A stretch of DNA of 62,905 nt, counting the filler, from Nitrospinae bacterium RIFCSPLOWO2_12_FULL_45_22 (GTDB lineage Bacteria > 2-12-FULL-45-22): the NCBI GenBank assembly GCA_001803565.1. It is 8 parts of 8 records of this genome, joined end to end, with 100 filler letters (N's around TTAATTAATTAA, not from the genome) between each part and the next. Parts side by side here need not be neighbours in the genome. Positions count along the whole stretch, not along the records: positions 47,549 to 54,392 come from MHDQ01000103.1; positions 54,493 to 62,905 come from MHDQ01000105.1; 6 more parts are not named here. The stretch is one strand, 5' to 3'. How positions within the stretch are numbered: the first letter of the stretch is position 1; every line of letters starts with the position of its first letter. The notes beneath the pieces were generated by a model. It worked only from the letters and a program-made list of their open reading frames with translations. It had not been told where the DNA came from and did not search any database. The position numbers were made by a program, and so were the translations under genes. This document shows positions 48,325 through 58,076 of this stretch, in pieces.

Positions 48325-49188
48325 CTAATTAGTTAAAGTATAAGCCTCTGAAAAAGGTTTGTGTTCAAAATCTGCACCTGTAGGGACACCCCAAAAGTGA
48401 CAATGTGAACATAACGGCACAGAGTCTCTTTTGCCCTGCTTGTGATATTCAAGCCATTCCATCCTTTTTTTGCCGTTCCAAATTTGTGCCAGAGAGTCCT
48501 CTTTGGCATTACCGATAACGCCAATTCTTTCGGGATCAAATCTTACACAGACGGAGACTTTCCCCTCTGTGTTGATCGCCATGTGATGGAGGAAATCAAG
48601 ACAAATGCCTATCTCCGGGACTGTCGGCTGTTTTTTCTTATAATCATAGCTCCCCATGGGAGCGTGAAGCACCCTTCTTGCAATGGTGATGTCAAGTTTT
48701 TCATATCTGTAAGAATCAACATTTCCATTAAGTCGCACTATTACCTGTGGTTTTGAGTCGGCCTTAATTTCGAGAAATTTGTTAATAATTTCGTACTGTT
48801 CGTCACTTTCCGGGTCGTTTTCAATTACCGAAATTGCCATAGTATCAAGCTTGCCGATAATCTGGTCTGCTTTTTCAAGAAGCAGTTTCCCATTAGTATC
48901 AAAAGAAGTTATCTGATCCTTAAACAACGCTATCGCTTCAGAAAGACGAGGATAAAGAAGCGGTTCGCCATTGTTATGCAGTTGAACTACTATATTGGGA
49001 GGCAGTTGTTGTGCAATCCTTTCGAGAAGACAAAACTCCATGTCCCCATAATTCAGGGTCAGATGGGGGAGATCTCTTTCGACCTTCCGTCGTCCACACA
49101 TCCAGCATTCTTTATTACACCTGTTGGTTAGTTCAACATGTATTGTTGATAAACCATGTAGTCCGTATTTATTCATCTTCCTTTCCAC
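48325..49188 (-). CDS. Radical SAM / SPASM-twitch protein
   Basis: CNKECWMC, GEPLL, C-terminal C..C...IGN...W...CSHC. Confidence 0.9.
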   Translation of the reverse strand: MERKMNKYGLHGLSTIHVELTNRCNKECWMCGRRKVERDLPHLTLNYGDMEFCLLERIAQQLPPNIVVQLHNNGEPLLYPRLSEAIALFKDQITSFDTNGKLLLEKADQIIGKLDTMAISVIENDPESDEQYEIINKFLEIKADSKPQVIVRLNGNVDSYRYEKLDITIARRVLHAPMGSYDYKKKQPTVPEIGICLDFLHHMAINTEGKVSVCVRFDPERIGVIGNAKEDSLAQIWNGKKRMEWLEYHKQGKRDSVPLCSHCHFWGVPTGADFEHKPFSEAYTLTN

Positions 49189-49212
49189 ACTATTATTCGT
49201 CTTATACTGATC

Positions 49213-50196
49213 TTACGAAGGTTGTGTATAAGTTTTTCTGCCTTGAAATATAAGGCAGTCGCCCAACGCATATTCGTTGATCATACGTTCGTACTCTAAA
49301 GCTGTTCTTTTGTAAAATTCGTTAACAGTATTCCCTGTGGGTGTATTATTAGCCGGTTTTGGGGTTGAGAGCGCAGAGACAGCACAATCCTGAGGAGTGT
49401 GATTTTGTGACCACCAGACGTGATTGAAAAACGGATACATCAGAAAACTTGAGACATGACCATCAAAACCGCATTCTTTACAAATTTCCAGAAGCGAATC
49501 CTTCGTGAAATAATGGATGTGTGCCTTGTGATAATAAAACTTTTCATAACCGTTTTCTTTATACGTGCTGAGCAGAATATCGTTATGATTAGGGACCTCA
49601 AGGTGCAGTATCCCGCCAGGCTTTAAGACAGAAAAACACTTTACCAAAAAATCGCGTGGCGAAAATGTATGTTCGAGAACTTCAATACTGACAGCAATAT
49701 CGTAAAAACTTTTTTGTAACTCGGCTTTCTCAAATGATGTATTAAATATCTTTGCCTTTCTATTCTGCTGACACAAAAATGCCGCATCTTCTTTATTGGT
49801 TTCTACTCCATGACACACTTCAACTACCCTGGCGACTCTGTTCAGTATCCCGCCAAAAGAACAACCAATCTCCAGATATTTTGTTTTTCTGTTCAGGTGT
49901 TGAGAAAAGCAGCCAAATTGTTTTTCATTTAACTCATTATATATTTTCAGGTGTTCGGCAGGAGGCGTCTTTGTTCCTGTTCTGGCGCTGAATTCCTCCC
50001 TGTATTGACCCTCGTAGAAATCCTCTGACTGCCAGAACTCCGGATCAAGAATTCCGTGACCGGCCCGATTGTGTACCCAGACAATAGCATTTCTACCGTC
50101 TCTCAGAGTCACCGGTTTTGGGAAATAATCATCCTGACGGGTATGGTCAAAGCCAACCAGTGCCAATATATTTGTGTCGAGGACATCCATGTTCAT
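49213..50196 (-). CDS. Class I SAM-dependent methyltransferase
   Basis: YLEIGCSFG, EVLEH, LKPGG, EVPN; probable start at ATG 50196. Confidence 0.88.
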   Translation of the reverse strand: MNMDVLDTNILALVGFDHTRQDDYFPKPVTLRDGRNAIVWVHNRAGHGILDPEFWQSEDFYEGQYREEFSARTGTKTPPAEHLKIYNELNEKQFGCFSQHLNRKTKYLEIGCSFGGILNRVARVVEVCHGVETNKEDAAFLCQQNRKAKIFNTSFEKAELQKSFYDIAVSIEVLEHTFSPRDFLVKCFSVLKPGGILHLEVPNHNDILLSTYKENGYEKFYYHKAHIHYFTKDSLLEICKECGFDGHVSSFLMYPFFNHVWWSQNHTPQDCAVSALSTPKPANNTPTGNTVNEFYKRTALEYERMINEYALGDCLIFQGRKTYTQPS

Positions 50197-50222
50197 TGAA
50201 TGCAATTTCCCTATAATATGCT

Positions 50223-50654
50223 CTATTGAATGACTTCCACGAGTTCGACAAAAGTCCCCTCCGGTGCCCGGCAAAATGCAACTTTTGCATAACCATCAGG
50301 TGATAACACCGGGTTACTTATAAATACAACGGCCTCTTTTCTTAATCTTTCGTACTCACAATCAATATCTTTAACGGCAAGGGCAATGTGCGACAAACCA
50401 ATGTCGTTAATCTTTCTTTCCTGTTTTACTTCTGATGGCCTGGTGTAGCTTAGCAGTTCTAACATCTGTCCGTCCTGAGAAGTCATTTTAACCGTCGTTA
50501 CAGATGCATTGTCTAATGCTAGTATTCTTTCGATATACGAACTGTTTTCTTCCGCTCGCTTTACAACCTCAAAACCCAGCAAATCTCTGTAAAAAAACAA
50601 TGACTCCTGAAGGTTGTCTACAACTATTCCTGTATGACGTATTTTATTAACCAT
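50223..50654 (-). CDS. VOC/glyoxalase-family protein
   Basis: RHTGIVV, LELL, HIAL, APEGTFVELVE. Confidence 0.88.
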   Translation of the reverse strand: MVNKIRHTGIVVDNLQESLFFYRDLLGFEVVKRAEENSSYIERILALDNASVTTVKMTSQDGQMLELLSYTRPSEVKQERKINDIGLSHIALAVKDIDCEYERLRKEAVVFISNPVLSPDGYAKVAFCRAPEGTFVELVEVIQ

Positions 50655-50659
50655 AGGTC

Positions 50660-52039
50660 TTAATCTACTATTTCACTAAGTGCTTCATCCATAATTGACA
50701 GCCCTTCCAATAATGCCTCATCGGGTATTGTAAGTGGCGGAGCGATTTTGATTGATTCACGTCCTGTATGAACTACAAGCAAGCCTTTTTGCATGCACCT
50801 TTCTGACAGCATGCTCGGCAATATTGAATCTGGCTTGCCTGATTGAGAGTCACAAAATAGTAAAGCTGCGACAAGCCCCTTTCCAGAGACATATGATATA
50901 TGCCCCGGAAATTTATCTTTTATGTGAGTAAGCTTCTCATGCAGCAGATTACCCTTTCTGTTCGCCTCTTTGACAAGACCTCTTTCTTCAATTTCCTTTA
51001 AGGTAGCAAGACCGGCTGAACATACGAGCGGATTGGCTGAGTGTGTACTGCTCATGCTCCCTACATCAGGTAAGTCCATTATTTCGGCGCTGCCCATTAC
51101 ACAGGAAAGGGGGACTCCTGAACCCATGCCTTTACCACAACAAATCAAATCAGGGCTGACTTGATAATGCTCATATCCGAAACGTTTCCCCGTTCGCGCG
51201 AAACCAGCCTGCATCTCATCAAAAACAAGCAATATGTCATTTCTTCGGCATATCTGTTCTATGGCCTGTACAAAGTCCTGTGGATAAAACACAGCGCCCC
51301 AACCCTGGAAAGTCTCAAGCATGAATGCACAAACATCCTTCTTTAGATCCAAGCCACCAGAGACAAGACGATCAATCCCGGCTTGTAAGAAGTCTGCGCT
51401 GCTTCTGGTATTTAAAGACCATGGATAGGGAAACGGTATATGGTAGATATTGGGGTCGTAATAACCTATCCATTCTTTTTGAACGGAATTGCTGCTCATC
51501 AGCTGGGCGCCCATAGTCCTGCCATGCCAGTTGCCTTCAATACAAATAACGCCCGGCCTTCGCTTGCATTTTTTCTGTCCATACATACGGGCAAGCTTCA
51601 TCCCCGCCTCGGTTGCTTCTGTACCGGCAGAAAGTAAAAATGCTTTTTCAAACTGTCCGTTAGTAAACCCAATAAGTTCTCTTAAATACTCCAATCGTAA
51701 TTCATGAGTATAGGCATAGCAATGCAGCAGAGGTTTATCCAACGTCGCTCTTATTGCGTCTAAAACTCTAGGATTTGCGTGTCCGACATTCGATACAAAT
51801 ATCGTCGAAGTAAAATCGATCCATTTATTCCCGCTCTTGTCGAAGACATTAAAATCTTCAGCCCGATCCCAGACAATGGGCAATTGACCTTGCATCGACC
51901 TGGATTCATATTTCTCGAGTTCTAAAAGTATCGATTCTGTTCCATGCGCCGGGATTGCAGTTTTTATTCTCCTATGCTTTGTCTCGACGGAAGGAACCTC
52001 AACCGGTGTTCTCGAAAATGTGTATTTCGTCTTCTTCAT
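50660..52039 (-). CDS. Class III PLP aminotransferase
   Basis: SAGTEATE, WHGRT, FDEMQAGFARTG, CCGKG, STHSANP. Confidence 0.9.
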   Translation of the reverse strand: MKKTKYTFSRTPVEVPSVETKHRRIKTAIPAHGTESILLELEKYESRSMQGQLPIVWDRAEDFNVFDKSGNKWIDFTSTIFVSNVGHANPRVLDAIRATLDKPLLHCYAYTHELRLEYLRELIGFTNGQFEKAFLLSAGTEATEAGMKLARMYGQKKCKRRPGVICIEGNWHGRTMGAQLMSSNSVQKEWIGYYDPNIYHIPFPYPWSLNTRSSADFLQAGIDRLVSGGLDLKKDVCAFMLETFQGWGAVFYPQDFVQAIEQICRRNDILLVFDEMQAGFARTGKRFGYEHYQVSPDLICCGKGMGSGVPLSCVMGSAEIMDLPDVGSMSSTHSANPLVCSAGLATLKEIEERGLVKEANRKGNLLHEKLTHIKDKFPGHISYVSGKGLVAALLFCDSQSGKPDSILPSMLSERCMQKGLLVVHTGRESIKIAPPLTIPDEALLEGLSIMDEALSEIVD

Positions 52040-52761
52040 TTAAATAGCCTGTTTACCAATGAAGGGTCTGATGCGACTTTATACTCGAGATAGGCAAAAT
52101 CATTTATTGTGTCAACTTCTACAGCAGATTCTGAAATATAGGCCATGACACGGTTGCCGTGCAACTTCAGATTTTCTCTAACAAACGAACTTCTTATTAC
52201 ATCAACGTAGCCATTAGGATGGTACGTTTTACTGAATCGCTGGCGGTTATCATTTGCAGCGTCCAGATCAAACGATCCGCAGAATACACGCTTGAGAAAA
52301 CCGGTTTCTATCTCCATGGTTTTATAGGCAGATTCCGACATCTCGTGGACAGAACGCAATGCAGTAGCCACCTCTGTGTTCCTTAGTAATTCAATCGCAT
52401 CTTCTATGCAGCGGGAATCTCTCAGCGGAGTTGTCGGCCTGAGATGGACGAGATATTCCGGCTGGCTACCTTCTTGATCCTGAAGCCAGTCAAGAGTGTG
52501 TTTTATGCACAGGTAATCAGTGGAGGTATCTCCGGAAATCTCCGCAGGCCTTAAGAAAGGGACTTCAGCTCCATATTGGGCAGCAATGTCTGCATACTTC
52601 TGAGAATCAGTTGAAACAATAACGCGATCTATATTCTTTGCCAATCGTGCTGCTGCAATACTGTAAGCAATCAATGGTTTGCCTGCCAAGTGCTTGATAT
52701 TCTTATCGGGGATACTTTTAGAACCCGATCTTGCCGGAATTATGGCAACTACCTGAGACAT
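52036..52761 (-). CDS. neuA: CMP-nonulosonate synthetase (NeuA family)
   Basis: IIPARSGSKSIPDKN, VSTDS, EVPFLRP, LRPTTPLR. Confidence 0.9.
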   Translation of the reverse strand: MSQVVAIIPARSGSKSIPDKNIKHLAGKPLIAYSIAAARLAKNIDRVIVSTDSQKYADIAAQYGAEVPFLRPAEISGDTSTDYLCIKHTLDWLQDQEGSQPEYLVHLRPTTPLRDSRCIEDAIELLRNTEVATALRSVHEMSESAYKTMEIETGFLKRVFCGSFDLDAANDNRQRFSKTYHPNGYVDVIRSSFVRENLKLHGNRVMAYISESAVEVDTINDFAYLEYKVASDPSLVNRLFK

Positions 52762-53618
52762 GCTTTCTCCAGACGGTTTGAATGCCGGGGAATATGTGCT
52801 CTCAACTTCTTCGCAATGGGTATTTCCTCTTCTCTTATACCAAGTACTCCATTACCCATGGCCTTTTCGATCTTTCTTACTGCCCCGACAAGATATCGGA
52901 ATCCAGCAGGCTCAATAGAAGCTGCCTGATCTGAGCCATACATGGCGCGATCAAGTGTGATATGGCGTTCTAACGAAGAGATACCCATGGCTGCAGCTGC
53001 ATACGACACCGCAAGTCCAGTTTCATGGCCACTATACCCCACGTTGCATTTGTATAGCTGTCGTAAAGTCTCAATACAGTTTAGATTGGCTTTCTCATCT
53101 AACATTGGATAAGTCGATATACAATGCATAAGCTCAAATGGGCAACCGGCACTGCGGAAAATATCCACTGCCTTGCCAATGTCTTCAGTAGTGCTCATTC
53201 CAGTTGATATAAAAGTATGTTTTCCTTCCGAGGCAACCTCTCTGAGGAAATCCTCATATACGATCATGGCAGAAGCTATCTTGTTGTACTTCAAATTAAA
53301 CTGTCTGAGAAAATAGAGGCTTTCCATATCCCATGCCGAAGCAAACCACTCTATGTTTTTCTGCCAGCAATAATTGTCAATTTCCCGATATTCATCCAGG
53401 CCAAACTCAAGGCCTTCCTTCTGATCGCGCTGGGTACTTCCCCATGGACTTTCGCGAGGTGAATCGAGAAGTTCCTTAGAATATACAATATCTATAGTTC
53501 TTTTCTGGAATTTGACCGCATCGGCTCCGGCATTCCTGGCAACATCTATCAGTTGTTTTGCAATATTTATATTTCCATTATGGTTGATGCCAATTTCAGC
53601 AATAATAAAGATATTCAT
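52749..53618 (-). CDS. neuB: Nonulosonate synthase (NeuB family, no C-terminal SAF domain)
   Basis: IIAEIGINHNG, DAVKFQ, STGMS, HCISTYP, GYSGHE, ERHITLDR. Confidence 0.9.
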   Translation of the reverse strand: MNIFIIAEIGINHNGNINIAKQLIDVARNAGADAVKFQKRTIDIVYSKELLDSPRESPWGSTQRDQKEGLEFGLDEYREIDNYCWQKNIEWFASAWDMESLYFLRQFNLKYNKIASAMIVYEDFLREVASEGKHTFISTGMSTTEDIGKAVDIFRSAGCPFELMHCISTYPMLDEKANLNCIETLRQLYKCNVGYSGHETGLAVSYAAAAMGISSLERHITLDRAMYGSDQAASIEPAGFRYLVGAVRKIEKAMGNGVLGIREEEIPIAKKLRAHIPRHSNRLEKACLR

Positions 53619-54131
53619 GTTTTACCTTTTTATACCTCACCATATAATTGTTTTCATGGTAATAATTGTAACCATCTTGCACTGAGGCATCCTTAAAAAT
53701 CGCAACATTTGTACCAAATTAAAAACTTTATCTGTTGTTTATCTTAACAAATGGACAGGGTTTTAGAAGTAACCCTGATTTTAGAAGTATTCAGCTATCA
53801 TTGGTTAGCCGGCAGCTTATGCCCAATTGCCGATGGCTGACGGTTGACAACTTATGATTTTATTTAGTTGTGAAATCTGTGAATGCCAATTCTTTTATCG
53901 TTCTGAGGCCTCGCCTCGCTAGTCCATGTTTTATTATCTTTATGATGGATGGTAATTGTGGAGAAATCAGATTCAAGTGTCGAAATATTAAACATACCGG
54001 TTGTCGAACGGATTTCCGTTTTTTAAGCTAGCCGCGCCACCCCTGTTTTGGAAATAAAGATATAGATATTTTTTCTTCTTTTTGAGCAAATAGGGGGATG
54101 TCTTAACTTAGAAATAAAATTAAAACTATAA

Positions 54132-54392
54132 TTAATCAATGACAAGACTCACCCTTTTATGCACACGAGACGGTTGTGGTAGACTTTCCAGGGCAGCTAT
54201 AATATCCTGTTGTTGTGGGTCTATGGCTAAGGACTTATTCCAAACGCTCCTCGCCCTGATTGGATTTTCTGCCATTTTGTAGCAATGTCCTAAAAGGTTA
54301 TAGAGAGGAATTATTTCATCTGTGTTCGTTGTCTCTGACAATATGGAGTTAATACTATGGCTTGTCTCATGGGTTTCGATAGATTTTTCTAT
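54132..54392 (-). CDS. C-terminal TPR fragment of a larger protein
   Basis: Frame open from the contig end; LYNLLGHCY...ARSVWNKSLAIDPQQ. Confidence 0.65.
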   Translation of the reverse strand: MEKSIETHETSHSINSILSETTNTDEIIPLYNLLGHCYKMAENPIRARSVWNKSLAIDPQQQDIIAALESLPQPSRVHKRVSLVID

Positions 54393-54492
54393 NNNNNNNN
54401 NNNNNNNNNNNNNNNNNNNNNNNNNNNNNNNNNNNNTTAATTAATTAANNNNNNNNNNNNNNNNNNNNNNNNNNNNNNNNNNNNNNNNNNNN
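54393..54492. other. Artificial contig linker
   Basis: N44-TTAATTAATTAA-N44. Confidence 0.98.
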
Positions 54493-54509
54493 TACGGCTT
54501 AAAAAGAAA

Positions 54510-54710
54510 TTGGCCGAAGAGTTTCGGTACCAGTTGACCATAGGCATTCCAACCAACGAAGATGAGGCCGGCTTCTTATATTGGCTTGCCAGATTCATGA
54601 ATGACATTACTACCCTGGCCTCGGGCAATCCGAAAAGGATCGCTAGAAGGGCAAAGAATAAGCTGCTGGGGAGGACACTGGTAAAGAAGATATGGCGATG
54701 GCTTTTCTAA
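54510..54710 (+). CDS. Small basic hypothetical protein, start uncertain
   Basis: [34 protein letters not shown]. Confidence 0.5.
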   Translation: MAEEFRYQLTIGIPTNEDEAGFLYWLARFMNDITTLASGNPKRIARRAKNKLLGRTLVKKIWRWLF

Positions 54711-54797
54711 TCGCCCCAATCTCTTGGCTTTTAACGATAATAGGGTGGGTCAGTTTTCAATTAGAATCTACAAAATTTAGCAATAAGGAGAAATGCA

Positions 54798-56159
54798 ATG
54801 AGAACGTGCGACTCTTGTGGTGCAGAAATACTTGATATTAGCCGATTTTGCCATATATGCGGGCATCCAACTCCGTTGTCTACGGGCCCGGAAGTCCTCA
54901 GCGTCCGCCCCGAGTGGTTTTTCGCAAAAGAAGACCTTTTGTTACAGAAGTTTCTGACTAGTCCAGGACTTCCGAAGCTTAAAAAGCTGTTACCATCCTA
55001 TTGGGAAGGTGTTGCAAATGGGGACAAGGGTGCAATTGGCAGCTTTCGGAAATTGGCTGTGCGCGTCACCGGCTCGTCTATGTTTCCCTCATTACTCGAA
55101 TCATTCCATGAGGCGTTTACTTTATTTGGGCAACCCGGCCAGTGCTTTGAGGTCTTTGTGGGACTGGACCCAGAGTTTGGCCAGGAAAACGCGGTCTGTA
55201 CGTTTGATGGCGAGACCCCGGTTTTTTACTTTGTTAACAAGATTCTGCCGCTCATGAGCGAGCAAGAGCTAAAGTGCATAGTTGGCCACGAAGTTGGTCA
55301 TTGCATTTTGAGACACCCCTTGCATATAGACCACCGAGTAACCCAGGGATTGGCGGAACGTCCACTGGAGGAAGACATAGTAGAAGCCATTTCGAGAGAT
55401 GCCGATATATATGCCAGTTTTGCGTTGAGTAGTGCACTATCCTGGTGTCAAGAGCTCAATGCGGATCGCTTTGCGCTGCTTCTAACAAGGGATTTGTCCG
55501 TAGCAATGGGAGCTTTTGTAAAGCTAGTGCTTGGTTTTTCACCGCCGACACCCCTCGACGCCGAGGCATTTCTTCGGCAGTTCACCCCTTCGACTCCGGA
55601 TGACCTTATAGAGTCACCTTCACACCCGGACTTCCCAAAATGCTGCCATGCGCTGAAACTGTTCTCAGATTCTAACGTCTACCAGAGTCTCGTAGGTGGT
55701 TCAGGCGGGAGACCGATCAATGAGATTGATTCCTTGGTTAGTGAGATAGTACCTGAGGCCAAGTCTCCGACAAACCAGATGATCGAAGTGTGGTTAATGG
55801 AATTTGTTCTAATGGCTACCGTCGCGGCCATTGATGGTAAGGTCACGCCCAAGGAGGATGAGGTACTGAGAAAGTCAATCCCACCGCCAATGCGCAAGCA
55901 ATACGAAGAACTATGGACCTTTTGTGAGGAGAGTTACAATCGGCATGAAAATTACCAAGAATTAATGGAACGCGCATCGTTATTACCTGACAAATGGAAA
56001 ACAAGGATCCTCAAACGGATGGTCACCATTGCCAGATCAGATCGGAAACTCGATCATAAGGAACTCTCCGAGATCTGCCATTTGGCGGTCGATATCAAGG
56101 CCCAAAGACAGTGTGATAAGGTCTTCCTGAACGAACTGGGTTTAGAGATCCAATGGTAG
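54798..56159 (+). CDS. Zn-ribbon + M48 metallopeptidase + TerB-like fusion
   Basis: CDSC..CHIC; HEVGH, ELNADR, SHP; AAIDGKVTPKE...ARSDRKLDHKE. Confidence 0.75.
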   Translation: MRTCDSCGAEILDISRFCHICGHPTPLSTGPEVLSVRPEWFFAKEDLLLQKFLTSPGLPKLKKLLPSYWEGVANGDKGAIGSFRKLAVRVTGSSMFPSLLESFHEAFTLFGQPGQCFEVFVGLDPEFGQENAVCTFDGETPVFYFVNKILPLMSEQELKCIVGHEVGHCILRHPLHIDHRVTQGLAERPLEEDIVEAISRDADIYASFALSSALSWCQELNADRFALLLTRDLSVAMGAFVKLVLGFSPPTPLDAEAFLRQFTPSTPDDLIESPSHPDFPKCCHALKLFSDSNVYQSLVGGSGGRPINEIDSLVSEIVPEAKSPTNQMIEVWLMEFVLMATVAAIDGKVTPKEDEVLRKSIPPPMRKQYEELWTFCEESYNRHENYQELMERASLLPDKWKTRILKRMVTIARSDRKLDHKELSEICHLAVDIKAQRQCDKVFLNELGLEIQW

Positions 56160-56480
56160 GATGATGAACGGAAGTCTCGGTGGAGATAACGAATAATCAA
56201 GTCCGAAGGATCAGGAGTTGTTCACTGATTGGACATGCATTGCCCATTCACGATTGCTTCTTTCGGGCTAAAAAATCGAGAACTCGCGTGGGCCATTCCA
56301 GGTGCGAAGCGCATTCTTAGCGGCATAATATCACGGGATGATTGTAAAGGCCGACTAGAACTTAACGGTGTATATAGAACCCGAGAGAACAAAATTTACG
56401 GAGCAAACAAGATTCATTTTATAAAACTGGTAGGGCTTCTTGTGTGCCAAGAAGGTTGTATGCAATCGGTTGTTTAAAAA

Positions 56481-57266
56481 ATGCATCAGGACTTATGCAC
56501 AGACGAGGCATTCTTTGAGGATGATCGGAATGACCAGGTGGTACTTGACCTTTATAATGAGAAGGCAAATATTTTGGATGGTGATGTTGATACCGAGGTA
56601 GATTTGGCTTCTTATGCCTATCAGATTTGGAAAAATGCCATTACTGCCGACCCCGGTCTGCAAAAGATTATCCCTGAACTACCTCCGGTTGTCTATTCCA
56701 CACGCCCACACAGACCCAATGAACAAAATCCCGAAGGCGTGCTCCTCTATCTTCGAACGGCGGAAGGGAACGATGCCTTAGCCCGGATTGATAAGAATGG
56801 TGACAGTGTCACCGAGTCTCAGTTTGAAATCCTGAAGGCAGCGGAGTGCTTGCCTGATACACCGGCATTGCCACGCCAGGAAAATCACCATGAACTGGTT
56901 AAGAGAGGTGTTGAGCTTATTTTGGAAGAGGAGAAATCTGTCGGTGGGCAGTTGGGGAGACCATCAAGCGCACGGTTCCGTACTTATGAGAGGTTAAAAC
57001 ATTATGCCCAAGAAATAAAAGGCACGCTCTTCGAGTCAAAAGAACTATTAAAAGCTATTGATGACATTTACCGCTGTCCATTGCGCCAATCGGCCATTGA
57101 CACGCTTAACCGTCAACTGCGTAGCGGTATCTCTGACCAGGCCCTCGCAGAACTCGTCATTGCCCTGCGGGATGAAGATCGCCTCTGTATTACCCATGAA
57201 GAAGAACAGACCCAGGAACCTAAAATTATCTGTTCAATGGGATTAGTCGATCAAGGGAAAGGATGA
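56481..57266 (+). pseudogene. C-terminal remnant of the SNF2-type helicase usually paired with type IIG methyltransferases
   Basis: TDEAFFED...EVDLASYAYQIWKNA...GGQLG...IICSMGL; no helicase motifs or upstream frame. Family assignment from memory. Confidence 0.6.
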
Positions 57267-57267
57267 T

Positions 57268-57861
57268 TTGAAGAACAAAACCCAAAACCCCAGACTCTAT
57301 ATCATTGCTGGCTCAAATGGTGCAGGGAAGACAATCTTTGCCCGTGAATTTCTTCCGCATTATGCTGAGTGTCCTGAATTTGTGAACGCTGATCTGATCG
57401 CCGGAGGTTTATCACCATTCGCCCCAGAAAGAGCTGCCATTCATGCAGGCAGACTTATGCTGGAACAAATTCATTTTCTGAGTAATCGGGGCCTGGATTT
57501 CGGTTTCGAGACTACCCTCTCAGGAAGATCATATGTGAAACTCCTGCATCACTTGAAAAAAAAAGGATACCATATTCATCTGTTTTTCCTTTGGATTAAC
57601 AGTATTAAGCTTGCCCTGGAACGTATTAAAATCCGTGTTCAAAGTGGAGGACATAATATTCCAGAATCTATTGTTCGCCGTCGTTTTAGCAGAGGACTTT
57701 ACAATTTTTTCAATTTTTATCAAATGATAGTGGATTCATGGGTAATCTTTGACAATTCAGCGGATACCCCTAAAATGATTGCTTACGCGGAATCAGGAAA
57801 GCTTGAAATCCTTGATCCGGGGCTATTTAGTATGTTATTAAAATACAAGGAGAAACGATGA
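57268..57861 (+). CDS. Zeta-toxin-like P-loop ATPase (COG4185-like)
   Basis: IIAGSNGAGKT, FVNADLIA, FETTLSG, RVQSGGHNIP, FDNS. Confidence 0.85.
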   Translation: MKNKTQNPRLYIIAGSNGAGKTIFAREFLPHYAECPEFVNADLIAGGLSPFAPERAAIHAGRLMLEQIHFLSNRGLDFGFETTLSGRSYVKLLHHLKKKGYHIHLFFLWINSIKLALERIKIRVQSGGHNIPESIVRRRFSRGLYNFFNFYQMIVDSWVIFDNSADTPKMIAYAESGKLEILDPGLFSMLLKYKEKR

Positions 57862-58073
57862 AAAAAAAGAAAAAGTCACCTCATAGTCTACTGGCATACC
57901 GAGCCGAGGAAGCTCTTAAAAGGGCCGTTGCGAAAGCTATTGCGGAACATCAACGCCAGGGTATTCCGATTGCCATCTGGCGCGATGGAAAAGTAGTTCG
58001 TGTTCCTCCTGATCAGATTACTGTCCGAGATGTTGAGGCTAATTATCTAATCTCAAATAAAAAGAGAAAATAG
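57858..58073 (+). CDS. Small partner protein of the ATPase
   Basis: ALKRAVAKAIAEH...IPIAIWRDGKVV; ATGA-coupled. Confidence 0.75.
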   Translation: MKKKKKSPHSLLAYRAEEALKRAVAKAIAEHQRQGIPIAIWRDGKVVRVPPDQITVRDVEANYLISNKKRK

Positions 58074-58076
58074 GCA

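Noticed and set aside
8931-54492. Recurrent TTAATTAATTAA motif and ORFs containing X runs
   Set aside because: These are artificial linkers; cross-linker ORFs and gene neighbourhoods are not biological.
56160-56480. attC or 82-aa ORF between the peptidase and the helicase remnant
   Set aside because: CTTAAC is present but no complementary arm was found; the ORF has no RBS or motif.
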